Shown here one piece after another: positions 30,131-40,814 of a stretch of DNA of 64,000 nt (the first letter of the stretch is position 1; each line of letters starts with the position of its first letter). The DNA lies in the sequence record NC_061418.1, one strand, 5' to 3'. A program made the position numbers and the translations under genes. The notes beneath the pieces are model-generated. The model was given only the letters and a program-made list of their open reading frames with translations. It was not told the DNA's origin and searched no databases.

Positions 30131-31618
30131 TTAATTTGGTTTCTGGCTATTTTCGTTTTCGTCTTGCTTCTCACCTTCAAGGGAAGCTTTAGCGTATTTC
30201 AACGCAGCACGCGAAGTGGAACCGAAGAAACTCACTAAGCTACTGGTCACTGAGGATGGCATACTTGCAACGGTAGAAACGATGGAGCGTAACGCTGAGG
30301 AGATACTGCCGCCGCCTTCGCTGGTTTCGTTAATGTTCATGTTAGCGATGTTCTGGCCAGCCTGATCAACGGCGCGATCGACTTGGGACTTCTTACTTCC
30401 CGAGTTCTTCAGTTTTAACATCGCGTTCGCTACCGCCAAGGCACCGTCTGCGATCTTCGCGGCGTCTGTCGGGGAACAGCGTGAGACTTCTTTGTCCTCA
30501 ACCTGGTGGTTACGTGAGTTCCAAAGTTTATTCTCTGCCGACAGATCAACTACGATAACCTTAGAGAACTTATACGCCTTTTCCAGCGCTCTGATTCCTT
30601 CGATCGGATTTTCTGTCGGGTTAACGGTGACCACAACTGCCGCTAATCGCGCGTTACCTAAGAAAGGTTCGGACGCTTCAACAACGGCATTAACAGAATC
30701 GTCGCCTTTGAGTAACACTTCATTAGCATCGCCTGGTAAACGAATGGTGAGTTCACCTGCAATCGCTTCGGACGGATGTTTTACGCTTTCGGCGAGCGTT
30801 TTAAACAATTGATTGAACGACGCTTCGCCGCCCGGCTGGTAGCTACCAATCGCGCTTGCTACCGCCTGTGCGTTACTGTAGGTATCCTCGATGACATTGT
30901 TCAATACCATGTCGGAGATACGACCCAGGCGCATCATTTCATTCGGAACATTAGGCCAGTTACCCTCGATGAGCAGTTTACCTTTCTCAGAGAATTCAAT
31001 GTCACCAGAGCCGGGCCTGGCGTGGGTGACTTCTTCTTTGAGTTGTTCAGCTAAACTCTTAAGTTGTTCAGCGCCGTTAAAGGCGTTTTCAAGCCAGTGA
31101 CCGAACCGACTGCGGGCTTCTTTCAAAAAGGCGGAGAATTTCTGCCACCATTCACGAAGGACTTCTTTAATCCCTTCCAGTGCAACTTTCGATTCATACG
31201 GCGTGATATGCGACGCAGACTCATTGGCGACAAAGGCACGGGCAGTTTGGATACCCATGCTGTTCGAGAAAATATTCAGAATCACAGCGGCTTCGGTAGA
31301 GAGAGATTGCCCTGCATTGATCTCTGGCGCGATGGCGTCGTAAACCGCTTGGTATTTATTCGTGGTTTCAGTCAAAGACGTCAAGCCCATGATGTCGGCA
31401 TCTACCGGATCAAGAGCGTTATCAATTTCGTCGGGTAATTCGCTTTCATTGGAGTCGAAGCCGATGGGACGTTCGTCGAACGATTCGACGGATTGTTTTT
31501 CTGGTTCTACAACGGCGGACTCAATCGAGACTTGTGGACGTCGTGCGAGGACGTTTTTAATCTTGGTCATTTTAAGTATTCCTTTCCCGGGAGAAGGCGT
31601 GTTAGGAAGAAAAGTCAT
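30131..31618 (-). CDS. Inner head protein, gp93-like paralog (true start probably MTKIKNV, about 31570)
   Basis: VSIE-S and VALE-GI sites; helix EWWQKFSAFLKEARSRFGHW; PFLGN and RAALKYAKAS. Confidence 0.75.
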   Translation of the reverse strand: MTFLPNTPSPGKGILKMTKIKNVLARRPQVSIESAVVEPEKQSVESFDERPIGFDSNESELPDEIDNALDPVDADIMGLTSLTETTNKYQAVYDAIAPEINAGQSLSTEAAVILNIFSNSMGIQTARAFVANESASHITPYESKVALEGIKEVLREWWQKFSAFLKEARSRFGHWLENAFNGAEQLKSLAEQLKEEVTHARPGSGDIEFSEKGKLLIEGNWPNVPNEMMRLGRISDMVLNNVIEDTYSNAQAVASAIGSYQPGGEASFNQLFKTLAESVKHPSEAIAGELTIRLPGDANEVLLKGDDSVNAVVEASEPFLGNARLAAVVVTVNPTENPIEGIRALEKAYKFSKVIVVDLSAENKLWNSRNHQVEDKEVSRCSPTDAAKIADGALAVANAMLKLKNSGSKKSQVDRAVDQAGQNIANMNINETSEGGGSISSALRSIVSTVASMPSSVTSSLVSFFGSTSRAALKYAKASLEGEKQDENENSQKPN

Positions 31619-31619
31619 A

Positions 31620-31652
31620 CAAACCTACCGTCCACCAGGGACGGTAGGTTTG
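31620..31652 (-). terminator. 14-bp hairpin directly followed by TATG
   Basis: CAAACCTACCGTCC-ACCAG-GGACGGTAGGTTTG. Confidence 0.72.
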
Positions 31653-31669
31653 GAAGTATGCATGTTTAA

Positions 31670-33928
31670 TTACGCAGCGGTTTTCGCTGAGGCTACAGCA
31701 TAATTCAGTGCTGCATTCACTGTACGAATAGACAGAGAGACCGTACTAGAACTGAACGCGTTCAAGAAACTAACGGTGTTTTGGAAATATGCGCGCAGCG
31801 CAGTGATTTCCTGTTTAACGTTTTCACCGGTCCCTTCAACGTTGTTCGACAGTTTCAGTAAACGATCGAGGTCGGGGAGCAGCGCACTCTCAGTTTTGCT
31901 GATATCGTCTGCCAGAGAAGAGTTTTTGATTTTCTTCAGAATCTCAATAGCGCTCTCGGCAACGGCGTTGATATCAGCCACAGAAAGCGCGGGCGCTTCT
32001 TTGACTTCACTACTTTCAGTGGCGACACGGAAAGCAGGTTCTTTCGCCCACTCGTGACCAGTGACGATGACAGTAAACACGTTGCCGCCTAACAGATTAG
32101 CGGTGTATTTAAACCCTTCGCCATCGACGTCAAACGGGCCGCGTTTAAGTACGTTGCTGTATTTCTCGTAAAGAGAGCTCAGGACTTCGCGTGTACCGCC
32201 ATTACCGCTGTAGTCTTCACCGTTCATGACTTTATCAAGAACGTTCTGACGAACCGCTTTGTGGATTTCGTTAGACGCGTCAATGACAAACCCTACGGTA
32301 TCGATCATGCCGGTTGATTTGTTTTTGAACTCATTGAACGCTTTAGCGAAGTTACCGTCAACTTTCCCGCCGGTAGTTAACTGAGAAAGAAACTCGCCTG
32401 AGACAGATCCGTTTGGTGTTTTACCCTGGTCGAGACCTTTCAGCGCTTCTGCTTTACGAATCAAAATGTCAGTGCGGCTAAAGGCGGAACGGATGAATTC
32501 TTTCCCTTTGGCCATTTTATCTTTGATGAACGCGATAATACGTTCGAACCACACTTTCATGTCTTCTTGAATTGACTCAACCGCTAAGCGAGTCTGGGTA
32601 CGAGAAGTGAAGTTGTAGTTCTCCAGGGAGACATCAGACTGCAGCGGGTTACCGTCGCGTTTCATGAAGATGTTCAGAATCATCATGGCTTCAACAGAAA
32701 CACCCTTACCGTCGAGGGATTTTTCCAGGACGTCAACCACCTGAGGATAGGTGTCAAGGGCTTCGGTCAGGATACTTTCTTCATCTTCGGTGCCGGTGGT
32801 GAAATCTTCAATCACCAGGTCGCCGTCGTCAGATTCCGGTGACAGGTCAACGGGTTCTTCCGCAACCGCTTCGACAACACCTTCTGCCGGTGCTTCCGCT
32901 GCCGGGGTCTCTGCTTCCGGGGTCTCGGTGACGACTTCTTCGACTACCGGGACTTCGCCTTCCACAACAGCAGCAACTTCTTCTGGGGTGTTTTCAGACG
33001 GCGCATCAACAACCTGCTCTTCCACAACCTCAGCACTTTCAGCGGAAACAATTTCGCCATCGTGCGTGTTTTCGCCTTTACCTTCGTCCACCACTTCACT
33101 TTCGCACGGTAGAGTTTCTTCACCCTGACCTTCTGCGGCAGGTTTTTCCTGGTCGACTTCGATATCGGATTCACCGGTGCCTTCGTCTACCGGTTTTTCC
33201 TGGACGGGTTTAACTTCTTCGCCTTTACCTTCGTCGACTGCAACCTGTTCAGACGGGAGATGCTGTTCACCCGCACCGGTACCGCCTTCATTCGGCGGAT
33301 TAGTGCCGTCAGATTCACACGCGCAATCTTCAGAGGAAACTTCTTCCACAACTTCTTCGGTATCGCCAACCACTTCGTCACTTGAAGGGACTTCGCCTTC
33401 TGGGGTGACGTCAGCAACGTCAACTGGCGCTTCTTCGGTTTCGGTCAGTTCTTCGGTGGCTTCTGGGGTGACATCGACTTCGTCGGTTTCCGCCGGTGCT
33501 TCCGCTTCGACTTCTTCTGCTTCCTCGATCACTTCTTCAGCAGTGGTGTCACCGCCTTCTGCGTTGTCGACTTCTGCAACAACTTCAGCAGCTGCTTCTG
33601 GGTCGCCTGCGGCGATGGCTTCAACCTGATCGACTGTGGCTTCGCCTGAGTCAGTTACCGGAACCACCTGCGGGGGTTCGATCGGCTCAATACCGTCTAC
33701 CGGGGCATCAGTCGCTACTGGCTCTTCTACGGTGGTTTCTTCCACAACTTCTTCGGCAGGGTCTTCGCTAACAACCGTTTCATCAACGGTGACGTCATCG
33801 GATACCGGAATATCTTCAGACGGCTGGGCATCGATAACTGCTTGATCGACGACTTCTTCCGTGTTCTCATTCTCAAGCGCTGGGCTTGCTTTACGTGAAA
33901 GAACACGTTGAGTGTAAGATAATTTCAT
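31670..33928 (-). CDS. Inner head protein, gp93-like paralog with an about 440-aa acidic propeptide
   Basis: PALE, VSLE-NY and LAVE-SI sites; helix VWFERIIAFIKDKMAKGKEF; LLGGN and NAALNYAVAS; E/V/A/P-rich N-terminus. Confidence 0.75.
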   Translation of the reverse strand: MKLSYTQRVLSRKASPALENENTEEVVDQAVIDAQPSEDIPVSDDVTVDETVVSEDPAEEVVEETTVEEPVATDAPVDGIEPIEPPQVVPVTDSGEATVDQVEAIAAGDPEAAAEVVAEVDNAEGGDTTAEEVIEEAEEVEAEAPAETDEVDVTPEATEELTETEEAPVDVADVTPEGEVPSSDEVVGDTEEVVEEVSSEDCACESDGTNPPNEGGTGAGEQHLPSEQVAVDEGKGEEVKPVQEKPVDEGTGESDIEVDQEKPAAEGQGEETLPCESEVVDEGKGENTHDGEIVSAESAEVVEEQVVDAPSENTPEEVAAVVEGEVPVVEEVVTETPEAETPAAEAPAEGVVEAVAEEPVDLSPESDDGDLVIEDFTTGTEDEESILTEALDTYPQVVDVLEKSLDGKGVSVEAMMILNIFMKRDGNPLQSDVSLENYNFTSRTQTRLAVESIQEDMKVWFERIIAFIKDKMAKGKEFIRSAFSRTDILIRKAEALKGLDQGKTPNGSVSGEFLSQLTTGGKVDGNFAKAFNEFKNKSTGMIDTVGFVIDASNEIHKAVRQNVLDKVMNGEDYSGNGGTREVLSSLYEKYSNVLKRGPFDVDGEGFKYTANLLGGNVFTVIVTGHEWAKEPAFRVATESSEVKEAPALSVADINAVAESAIEILKKIKNSSLADDISKTESALLPDLDRLLKLSNNVEGTGENVKQEITALRAYFQNTVSFLNAFSSSTVSLSIRTVNAALNYAVASAKTAA

Positions 33929-33953
33929 TTACAAATTCTCCTGGAGAGGGGGT

Positions 33954-34511
33954 TTACCGGCTACTACCGGCGACGTGACTTATTTCGCCGAAGATGACGT
34001 TGACGGTCGCCAAGAGGTCTTCAAAGCCGTTATCGTGCTTCAACCAATGATACATATAATCTTTGCCGTCGATATTCAACATCATTTTAAGTTTTGGTGT
34101 TGAACGACCACGGCGGTATTTTGGTTTGTTCGGTAGCTCTCGTTCTGCCTGTAGACAGTAAGCGCGAGAGACGATTGCCATCCGGCGACGACCTGTATTA
34201 ATAAAGGAAAGTGTATCCTCTAAAAAGGCGCGCATATGAGGCGTGAGTTTTGGGTTTTCTTCTTGCGCCTGTAACCACTCAGGGAAGAAACGGAACAGAT
34301 CCATCGCCCGGTTAATAACCTTACGGCGAAATTCCCAGGAACTGGCGTCACCTTTCGGGTCAGTCGTCAACTTTTCCCATGCGGCAGTAATCAGGTCATC
34401 CGGTTCAGGTTCGGTTTTACCCCCCTCATAGAGGGGGGAGCGGAAGCCAATCGGACTGAATTGGTAAGACTGAATGTTCATCGTACTTACACTCCGTATT
34501 CGCGTTCCCAT
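33954..34511 (-). CDS. Conserved head-associated protein (phiKZ gp91-like)
   Basis: 185 aa; synteny. Confidence 0.55.
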   Translation of the reverse strand: MGTRIRSVSTMNIQSYQFSPIGFRSPLYEGGKTEPEPDDLITAAWEKLTTDPKGDASSWEFRRKVINRAMDLFRFFPEWLQAQEENPKLTPHMRAFLEDTLSFINTGRRRMAIVSRAYCLQAERELPNKPKYRRGRSTPKLKMMLNIDGKDYMYHWLKHDNGFEDLLATVNVIFGEISHVAGSSR

Positions 34512-35392
34512 TTGGAAATCTTATAGTTAAGGTCACGGAGCCGTTGTTCGGTGACTTCAATGACTTTATCCTGTGCAGCGTCGCCTTGACCTTGTTTTGC
34601 CGCCATCATCTGTGCCAGACGAAGTTCCAGCGCACGACGTTCTTCTTTGGCACGTTTGAAGCTCTCGGCCTGGTACTCAACGTAATGGGAACCGATGAAC
34701 CAGATGATGTCAGAGACAACAGGAACGAATCCCATGCGCAGCGGGTCGACTTTCTGTTTCCCAACCATCGCATTCACGTCGTCTTCTTTACCCGGATCGT
34801 AAACGATATCGGGCACGGACTCAAGGGTGTTCAGAACCTGGCGCATAGGTTGCGCAAAGACTTTCGCACAACGGCAGAAGTTCACTAGGTGATCTTCGAG
34901 CCATTTCACTTCGCCTTTGGTAAACGGTTCAACCGTAGCACCATAATCTTTACCCAGCTCCGGAATCTCTTTACCGTAAGTGTACAGCAGTACCCGGCGC
35001 GAGTAGAGACTGAAGAAATTGATCAGACTGACAACGCGCATCAACGAGATCTTGTTGTACGTCAGACCATTTTTCATAATGGCTTCGGTTTTAAACGACG
35101 AATCTAAAGCAGCCTCTAAATTCGGCATCCCTTCAGCCAGGTTACTGATAACCATCGCCAGTGAATTCACGAAATTAGAACGCGCACCCGTTTCACGAAC
35201 GTACAAAGCGTTGATACGTTTGATCGCTGGTGATTTAAACGGGTTGTTCCCGATGAAGAGTTTGTTCTCTGCGGCTGTTTTATACGGCGGCAGGGTTTCT
35301 TCAATAAGGCTCTTTCTGGCCAGCTCATATTCTTCGATAATGCGCGAGCGCTCGAAGTTAGGGACCAGTGATCTGAAAAAATCTTTCAACAT
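34487..35392 (-). CDS. Inner-body/head protein (phiKZ gp90-like)
   Basis: 301 aa; DPLRMGFVPV and C-terminal coiled coil; synteny. Confidence 0.6.
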   Translation of the reverse strand: MLKDFFRSLVPNFERSRIIEEYELARKSLIEETLPPYKTAAENKLFIGNNPFKSPAIKRINALYVRETGARSNFVNSLAMVISNLAEGMPNLEAALDSSFKTEAIMKNGLTYNKISLMRVVSLINFFSLYSRRVLLYTYGKEIPELGKDYGATVEPFTKGEVKWLEDHLVNFCRCAKVFAQPMRQVLNTLESVPDIVYDPGKEDDVNAMVGKQKVDPLRMGFVPVVSDIIWFIGSHYVEYQAESFKRAKEERRALELRLAQMMAAKQGQGDAAQDKVIEVTEQRLRDLNYKISKWEREYGV

Positions 35393-35406
35393 GATTTTGC
35401 TCTCCC

Positions 35407-36657
35407 TTAGAAAGTAGGCGCTTTCATTGATTTGTACATCTCGAAAATCTTCATGACGTCTGGCCCGGTATTCTTCGAGGCATTTTTCATGGCGTTGATT
35501 GACAGCTCAGTAGACCCTTCAATCCCGCGGTGGAAGATTTCAACTTGTTCGAAACTCCGATCAACGACGACCAATAACATAATACCGGAGTTACGTTCGA
35601 GCGTACGGCGACCTGCTAAAGTGGAGAGTTTAATGTTCAGTTCGCGTTCCAGGATTACGCGCTGTTCCTCTGTGATGACCACGATGTTTGAAGCGGAGGC
35701 AACGGACGGACGACCGGAGATCAGACCAGCCAGGGTGTTCTTACGCTTCTGCTGAATCTGTTTCAGGTAAAGGCCGGTTTCATCTTTAATGATGTTTTTA
35801 CGGTGCTCGTCTAACAGATCGCGGACGCCAATCAGGTCAGCGAAGAAAGTCAGTTTATCCGCTTTGAATTCGTACCAGCGTTCTTTGAGGTTGCGGTTCT
35901 GAGCGCCAGCGGTCAGGAAGAGAGTCATGCTGCGCGTGGGGACCGGGACAGTCTGCAGACGAACGTTGACCGGAACTTTTATTTGGCTCTCGTCAACTGC
36001 CACAGTGACTTCGAGCATTTTACCCACTGCCAGGTTACTGTTGTCACGTAACGCCTGGAGAGTTTCTTTCGATACCAGTTCAGCGGAAATCGGTTTAGCG
36101 CCGCGGGCTGGTTTGTCGTTTTGTTCGTCGATACCCTCATTACTCATCGGATTAGGGTTGTGACCGACGCGCATTGCCTCGGTACTATGAACCGACCAGT
36201 TAATGGCCCCGACTTGATTGGCCTTAGCCAAGACATTCATGTTCTCTAAAGACGGCAAACCAAACTTGGTACCGTCCTCAAGCGCGACGGCACCGATGAC
36301 GGCGTCAGCAAGGTTGTTCAACGGATCACGTTTCGGATTAAAACGTTCTAAACGTTTAGTGACCGAGATCCCTTTGATTTCGGCAGCAAGGGCGACAGCC
36401 TGCATGTAATACCCAGAGAAGATGTTGAGCAGGGTCTGCATCAGATCTTCCATATACGGTTCACGCCATAGATTTTGTTCTACTAACGTGAGTGGCTCAA
36501 TACGGGTCGGCTGAGTGTATTCAATGAGTGAATCAGAAAAAACATCACTGGCTCGGTTATTTTTGGCTTCTGCCTTCCAGTTACTACCCGCTGCACCCAC
36601 TGCAGTCATCACCGCGGTCATAGTAGGAATGGCAATACTTTCTACTGACAGTTTCAT
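35407..36657 (-). CDS. Inner-body/head protein (phiKZ gp89-like)
   Basis: 416 aa; LSVE, VALE, PSLE and STE sites; FSGYYMQAVAL. Confidence 0.62.
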   Translation of the reverse strand: MKLSVESIAIPTMTAVMTAVGAAGSNWKAEAKNNRASDVFSDSLIEYTQPTRIEPLTLVEQNLWREPYMEDLMQTLLNIFSGYYMQAVALAAEIKGISVTKRLERFNPKRDPLNNLADAVIGAVALEDGTKFGLPSLENMNVLAKANQVGAINWSVHSTEAMRVGHNPNPMSNEGIDEQNDKPARGAKPISAELVSKETLQALRDNSNLAVGKMLEVTVAVDESQIKVPVNVRLQTVPVPTRSMTLFLTAGAQNRNLKERWYEFKADKLTFFADLIGVRDLLDEHRKNIIKDETGLYLKQIQQKRKNTLAGLISGRPSVASASNIVVITEEQRVILERELNIKLSTLAGRRTLERNSGIMLLVVVDRSFEQVEIFHRGIEGSTELSINAMKNASKNTGPDVMKIFEMYKSMKAPTF

Positions 36658-36692
36658 CTAGTTTCCTCTGTGTTAAATAAAGGAGTGGAGTA

Positions 36693-37868
36693 ATGGCTTC
36701 ATATAACCAAATCATGCAAGACAACCTGGACCTCGTTTTTCGTGCGGGTGGTCTGGGTTCTCGTCGTGCTGCGGCCTATGAAATGTTGTTCGGGTTAAAT
36801 TATCGAGCAAGAGGACAGGTCGTTCCGGCGCAACGAGATCAGGTAGGTCTCACATTTTTTACTCGTCCAGACCTGAACTTACACAGGGACAACGTTACAC
36901 AAGATAGGACGCTGACCGATTTGATTTCCACTGACGAGATCACGTATCCTCGTGCGATTCGTGCGATTCTCGACCCCGTGGGCTCAAGTGATCCTAACTT
37001 TGATTACAGTTGTAAGTTGGTCAATCCACGTAACCCTTTCATGTGCGTTTTAACGAATACCTTAAAAAGCGTTTCAGGTTTCCCTGACAACGCCATTGGT
37101 AAATACACCAGTAATGAAGGGATTGCCGGTGAACAATGGGGGATGGCAGACGGCTATTACAACATCCGTGGTAACTATCAATTGACAGCTTCATTCGCTA
37201 ACGTTGACGGTTCCCCGGTTCTCAGACTCTTCGATGTCTGGGAACGCTATATGGAAAATATCCGCACCAAAAAGATGAAGCCGTGGAGCCGAAATATTTA
37301 CCGTAATCGAATGGATTACACCACACGTATTTATCGTCTGATATTGGACCCCGGTCGGCGCTTTGTTCAACAGATTGGAGCCACCGGTTATGCGTTCCCT
37401 ATCACTAACCCACGTGGCGGTGTCATGAACTTTGATGCGGACGATAACTACGACCGCAGTACGGATCTGATTTCCATTCAGTTTGACGCTTACGGTGCGA
37501 TTTATGACGATCCGTTATTGATTCGTCAATTTAATAAAGTCGTGGCCATGTTTAACCCGGATCTGCGTATCATCAATGAAACCAGTTTAAACAAAAGTAA
37601 TATCGCGGTGAAGAGTAACAACTATTATCGTGTCACTCCCGATCAACGAGAATACCTGAACTATTATTGTTACCCTCTCATTCATCCGTATACTCGAGAA
37701 CTCTGCTGGTTTATCGAGAAACCGATTTACGACTTAATCATGGCGAACAATTACGCTGTTCCTAACTACGACTATAACGCACTCCCTAACGATACTGATG
37801 ACACTTATACCGGTTATCAGTCTAATGTTTGGGATACCCTTGACCTCACGAAATCAGGAGACAATTAA
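36693..37868 (+). CDS. Virion structural protein (phiKZ gp88-like; tail tube/hub-like)
   Basis: 391 aa; FFTRPDLNL and DYTTRIYRLILD; translationally coupled (TAATG) to the next gene. Confidence 0.6.
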   Translation: MASYNQIMQDNLDLVFRAGGLGSRRAAAYEMLFGLNYRARGQVVPAQRDQVGLTFFTRPDLNLHRDNVTQDRTLTDLISTDEITYPRAIRAILDPVGSSDPNFDYSCKLVNPRNPFMCVLTNTLKSVSGFPDNAIGKYTSNEGIAGEQWGMADGYYNIRGNYQLTASFANVDGSPVLRLFDVWERYMENIRTKKMKPWSRNIYRNRMDYTTRIYRLILDPGRRFVQQIGATGYAFPITNPRGGVMNFDADDNYDRSTDLISIQFDAYGAIYDDPLLIRQFNKVVAMFNPDLRIINETSLNKSNIAVKSNNYYRVTPDQREYLNYYCYPLIHPYTRELCWFIEKPIYDLIMANNYAVPNYDYNALPNDTDDTYTGYQSNVWDTLDLTKSGDN

Positions 37869-40774
37869 TGTCTGATTACGACGTTAGTGCGGCGTTAGCG
37901 CGCGCACCGATTAACCCGGAATCCTTTCAGCGTGTAGGGATCGAATTCCTGACGAGCAAATTGAACGGTGACTCGTTAGTGGATGTAAATGCGCCCGCTA
38001 TTCACTTGCTCGAAGCGAGCAGTTCGATGGCGGCTTATCATATCCAAGAAAACTTTGCGTTAGACCGTCGCCATTATCGTTTACTTGCGCAGAACTACAT
38101 GGACCTTTATGGCCATCTTTCTGACGTTGATTACCTCGGTCGTTTTAGTTCACCGGGGAAAGTCACCATGCGGTACACTGTGAGCTACGATGACATTATT
38201 GCCAGCATGATCGAGGTCCCTGACACCAACCTGAAACGCGTGGTGATTCCGCGTTACACTGAAGTCAGACCAGGCGGTGATTACCCGTTAACGCTTCTCT
38301 ACCCGATTGAGATTCGACAGCTCCCGCATGACGGTTTACAAGTGGTGTTCAACACCGACGAGACCAGTCCGATTCAAACTTTGACTGATAACGTTCTGAA
38401 CTGGCAGTTCTTAAAAGACGCCACGAGCGATCAAGCAACTTATTTGCAGATTGAGATCCCCATGTTCCAGTTGGCCAGGAACAGTATCATCGAACAGATC
38501 TCCGACGGTAATTCTCGTTTCGCGGTACCGTTCACTGACAAATATTACTACGCCCGTGTTTTCCAGGGAACAAGCGGAAATTGGAAAGAACTCGGTACTA
38601 CGCACTCTCTTCAGGTTTACGACGCATCGTCTCCCACGGCGGTATTGCAAGTAGGCGACGGGGTTCTTAACGTTACGATCCCGCCTATCTATTACACAGC
38701 GGGCTTAGTCTCTGGTAACCTTCGTATCGACGTTTATACTACGCAAGGCGAGATCTACGAAGACCTGACTAACTTCGCAACCGAGAAGTTTCAGATCACC
38801 TGGGGAAAAGACGCCGAGATTCCTGATCTCGACAACTACTCATCGAGTATTCCTAACCTCCCTTATGCGTGGACGTCGACAGAAGCGATCACTGGGGGAT
38901 CAGACGGTTTGACGTTTGAGGAACTTCGTGAAAGAAGTATTTTTAACGTTTCTAATAGCGTAGATAATACTCCTATTACTCCGGCACAAATTTCTGCACG
39001 CTTGAATTTGTTAGGGTTTGATATTGTCAAATCCAGAGATGACATTGTTGATCGTCTTTATCTGGCGACCACGAATATGCCTACTGCACCGGAATCAATT
39101 CTCAATGCAGGGATTCCCGCAGCGATGACGACGCTTCAAACCAGTATTGAAAAGTTAACGAAAGTCCAGGGTGTTTACGATAACGGTGATCGTATTACGT
39201 TATCGCCGGAAGTGCTCTTCTCGTTAACTAACGGGGTGTTATCACTGGTCGATAATAACATGCGACCGGAAGTACTGTATAAAACCCCGGAAACATTTGT
39301 CAATGGAATCAACCAAGCGAACTACGCGTTTACTCCGTTCCATTACGTATTAGATACGAGTTCGAATGCGTTCTCATTACGACCGTATTACCTGCAAAAC
39401 CCGGAACAAACCAAACGCCGTTTTATCCGTGACAACGCCACGCTCCTGATTGACGTCAGTACAACCGGTTTCAACATCACCCGTACGACAACAGGCTACC
39501 GACTGACCATTGCTTGCACAGTGGGGCAGAGTTACTTAAACATCGAGGCAAGTAACCGTCATGTTCAGTTGGCCTTTATCCCTGCCGGGGAAAACGCTTA
39601 TGCTTATCTGAACGGAACCTTTATGGGGATTACCGGGAAAACGGCAGTCTGGGCGTTTGACTTTAAAACCAACTTCGATCTGGACAGTGACAACAATCTC
39701 ATTATCACCAACTTCAGTATCTTTGAGGAAGAACCGCGTAAACTGGCATTACCGTTAGAAACGGAGTTTATGTTATTACATGCGGTCAGCGGTGATGTTG
39801 ACGACGGTTATCAGTATTCGGCGATCGACGGATTGCTCGGTGAGTTTTTACTCCCTGACGACACGAAAGGGATCTCGCAAGAGTTTGTTACGCTGAAATT
39901 TGGTACAGCGTTAGAACGACTCTGGCACGGTGCACGTAACGTAGCCGGTTCTTACGTTTATCAGACCTACGCAAGTGACGTCTACGATTATTACACCGCA
40001 GACATCCCGGAATACGATGCAAACGGTGTCCCGGTCTTTGTCATTGAAAATGGTCAACCGGTGATCTCTTATGCTCACAAATCAGGGGATCAAAAAGTGG
40101 ATGGTTCGGGTAACCCGATTGTCTTACATAAGGCGGGCGACCCCGTTTTAGACAGTGGCGGTAATCCGGTTCCCGTATCCGCAAGACCGGTACTTCGTCT
40201 CATCGATCTCTTGATCTTTGACGGTAACTACGCCTACGTCTCTCAGGATACGGATTTGACAGATTTGAAATGGACAGCAAATAATCTGGCTAATACACAA
40301 CTCGAGAAATTAGCGGAATTAGGAAACGCAGTCCTGGAGAAAACCAATATCTACCTCTACCCGAAACGCGGCTTCGGTCCAATTTCGGTTGTCGTTGATG
40401 ACGGGGTGGAGAAAGTTATTGACTCGTCACTGACCTTTTCCGTGAAGTTCTATTTAACTGGGACGGCGTATCGTGATATGGACTACCGGGCTGCGTTACA
40501 AACGTTGACTGCGAAGATTCTGAACGATGGTATCCGAAACGAAACCGTTTCTGTCTCAACACTGGTTACGTTGTTGAAACCACAGCTCGATGAGAACGTA
40601 GTCGGCTTTGATATCAACATGTACGCACAAGGGACGGAGATGACCACCTTCACGCTTTCTGACGCATCGGTTCAACCTACCATTGATCGGGTGATTGAAT
40701 ACACCGAGGACGGTAAATACGCCGTGAAAGAAAACATTGAGTTTCTGTTTAAAAACCATACGGTAAGTAACTAA
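37868..40774 (+). CDS. Large baseplate wedge-like virion protein (phiKZ gp87-like)
   Basis: 968 aa; AITGGSDGLTFEELR resembles the baseplate-J-like GG.D.E..EELR motif. Confidence 0.65.
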   Translation: MSDYDVSAALARAPINPESFQRVGIEFLTSKLNGDSLVDVNAPAIHLLEASSSMAAYHIQENFALDRRHYRLLAQNYMDLYGHLSDVDYLGRFSSPGKVTMRYTVSYDDIIASMIEVPDTNLKRVVIPRYTEVRPGGDYPLTLLYPIEIRQLPHDGLQVVFNTDETSPIQTLTDNVLNWQFLKDATSDQATYLQIEIPMFQLARNSIIEQISDGNSRFAVPFTDKYYYARVFQGTSGNWKELGTTHSLQVYDASSPTAVLQVGDGVLNVTIPPIYYTAGLVSGNLRIDVYTTQGEIYEDLTNFATEKFQITWGKDAEIPDLDNYSSSIPNLPYAWTSTEAITGGSDGLTFEELRERSIFNVSNSVDNTPITPAQISARLNLLGFDIVKSRDDIVDRLYLATTNMPTAPESILNAGIPAAMTTLQTSIEKLTKVQGVYDNGDRITLSPEVLFSLTNGVLSLVDNNMRPEVLYKTPETFVNGINQANYAFTPFHYVLDTSSNAFSLRPYYLQNPEQTKRRFIRDNATLLIDVSTTGFNITRTTTGYRLTIACTVGQSYLNIEASNRHVQLAFIPAGENAYAYLNGTFMGITGKTAVWAFDFKTNFDLDSDNNLIITNFSIFEEEPRKLALPLETEFMLLHAVSGDVDDGYQYSAIDGLLGEFLLPDDTKGISQEFVTLKFGTALERLWHGARNVAGSYVYQTYASDVYDYYTADIPEYDANGVPVFVIENGQPVISYAHKSGDQKVDGSGNPIVLHKAGDPVLDSGGNPVPVSARPVLRLIDLLIFDGNYAYVSQDTDLTDLKWTANNLANTQLEKLAELGNAVLEKTNIYLYPKRGFGPISVVVDDGVEKVIDSSLTFSVKFYLTGTAYRDMDYRAALQTLTAKILNDGIRNETVSVSTLVTLLKPQLDENVVGFDINMYAQGTEMTTFTLSDASVQPTIDRVIEYTEDGKYAVKENIEFLFKNHTVSN

Positions 40775-40780
40775 AGCACA

Positions 40781-40810
40781 TAGACTGAGAGGCGAATGCC
40801 TCTCAGTCTA
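40781..40810. terminator. 13-bp hairpin at a convergent junction
   Basis: TAGACTGAGAGGC-GAAT-GCCTCTCAGTCTA. Confidence 0.75.
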
Positions 40811-40814
40811 TTTA

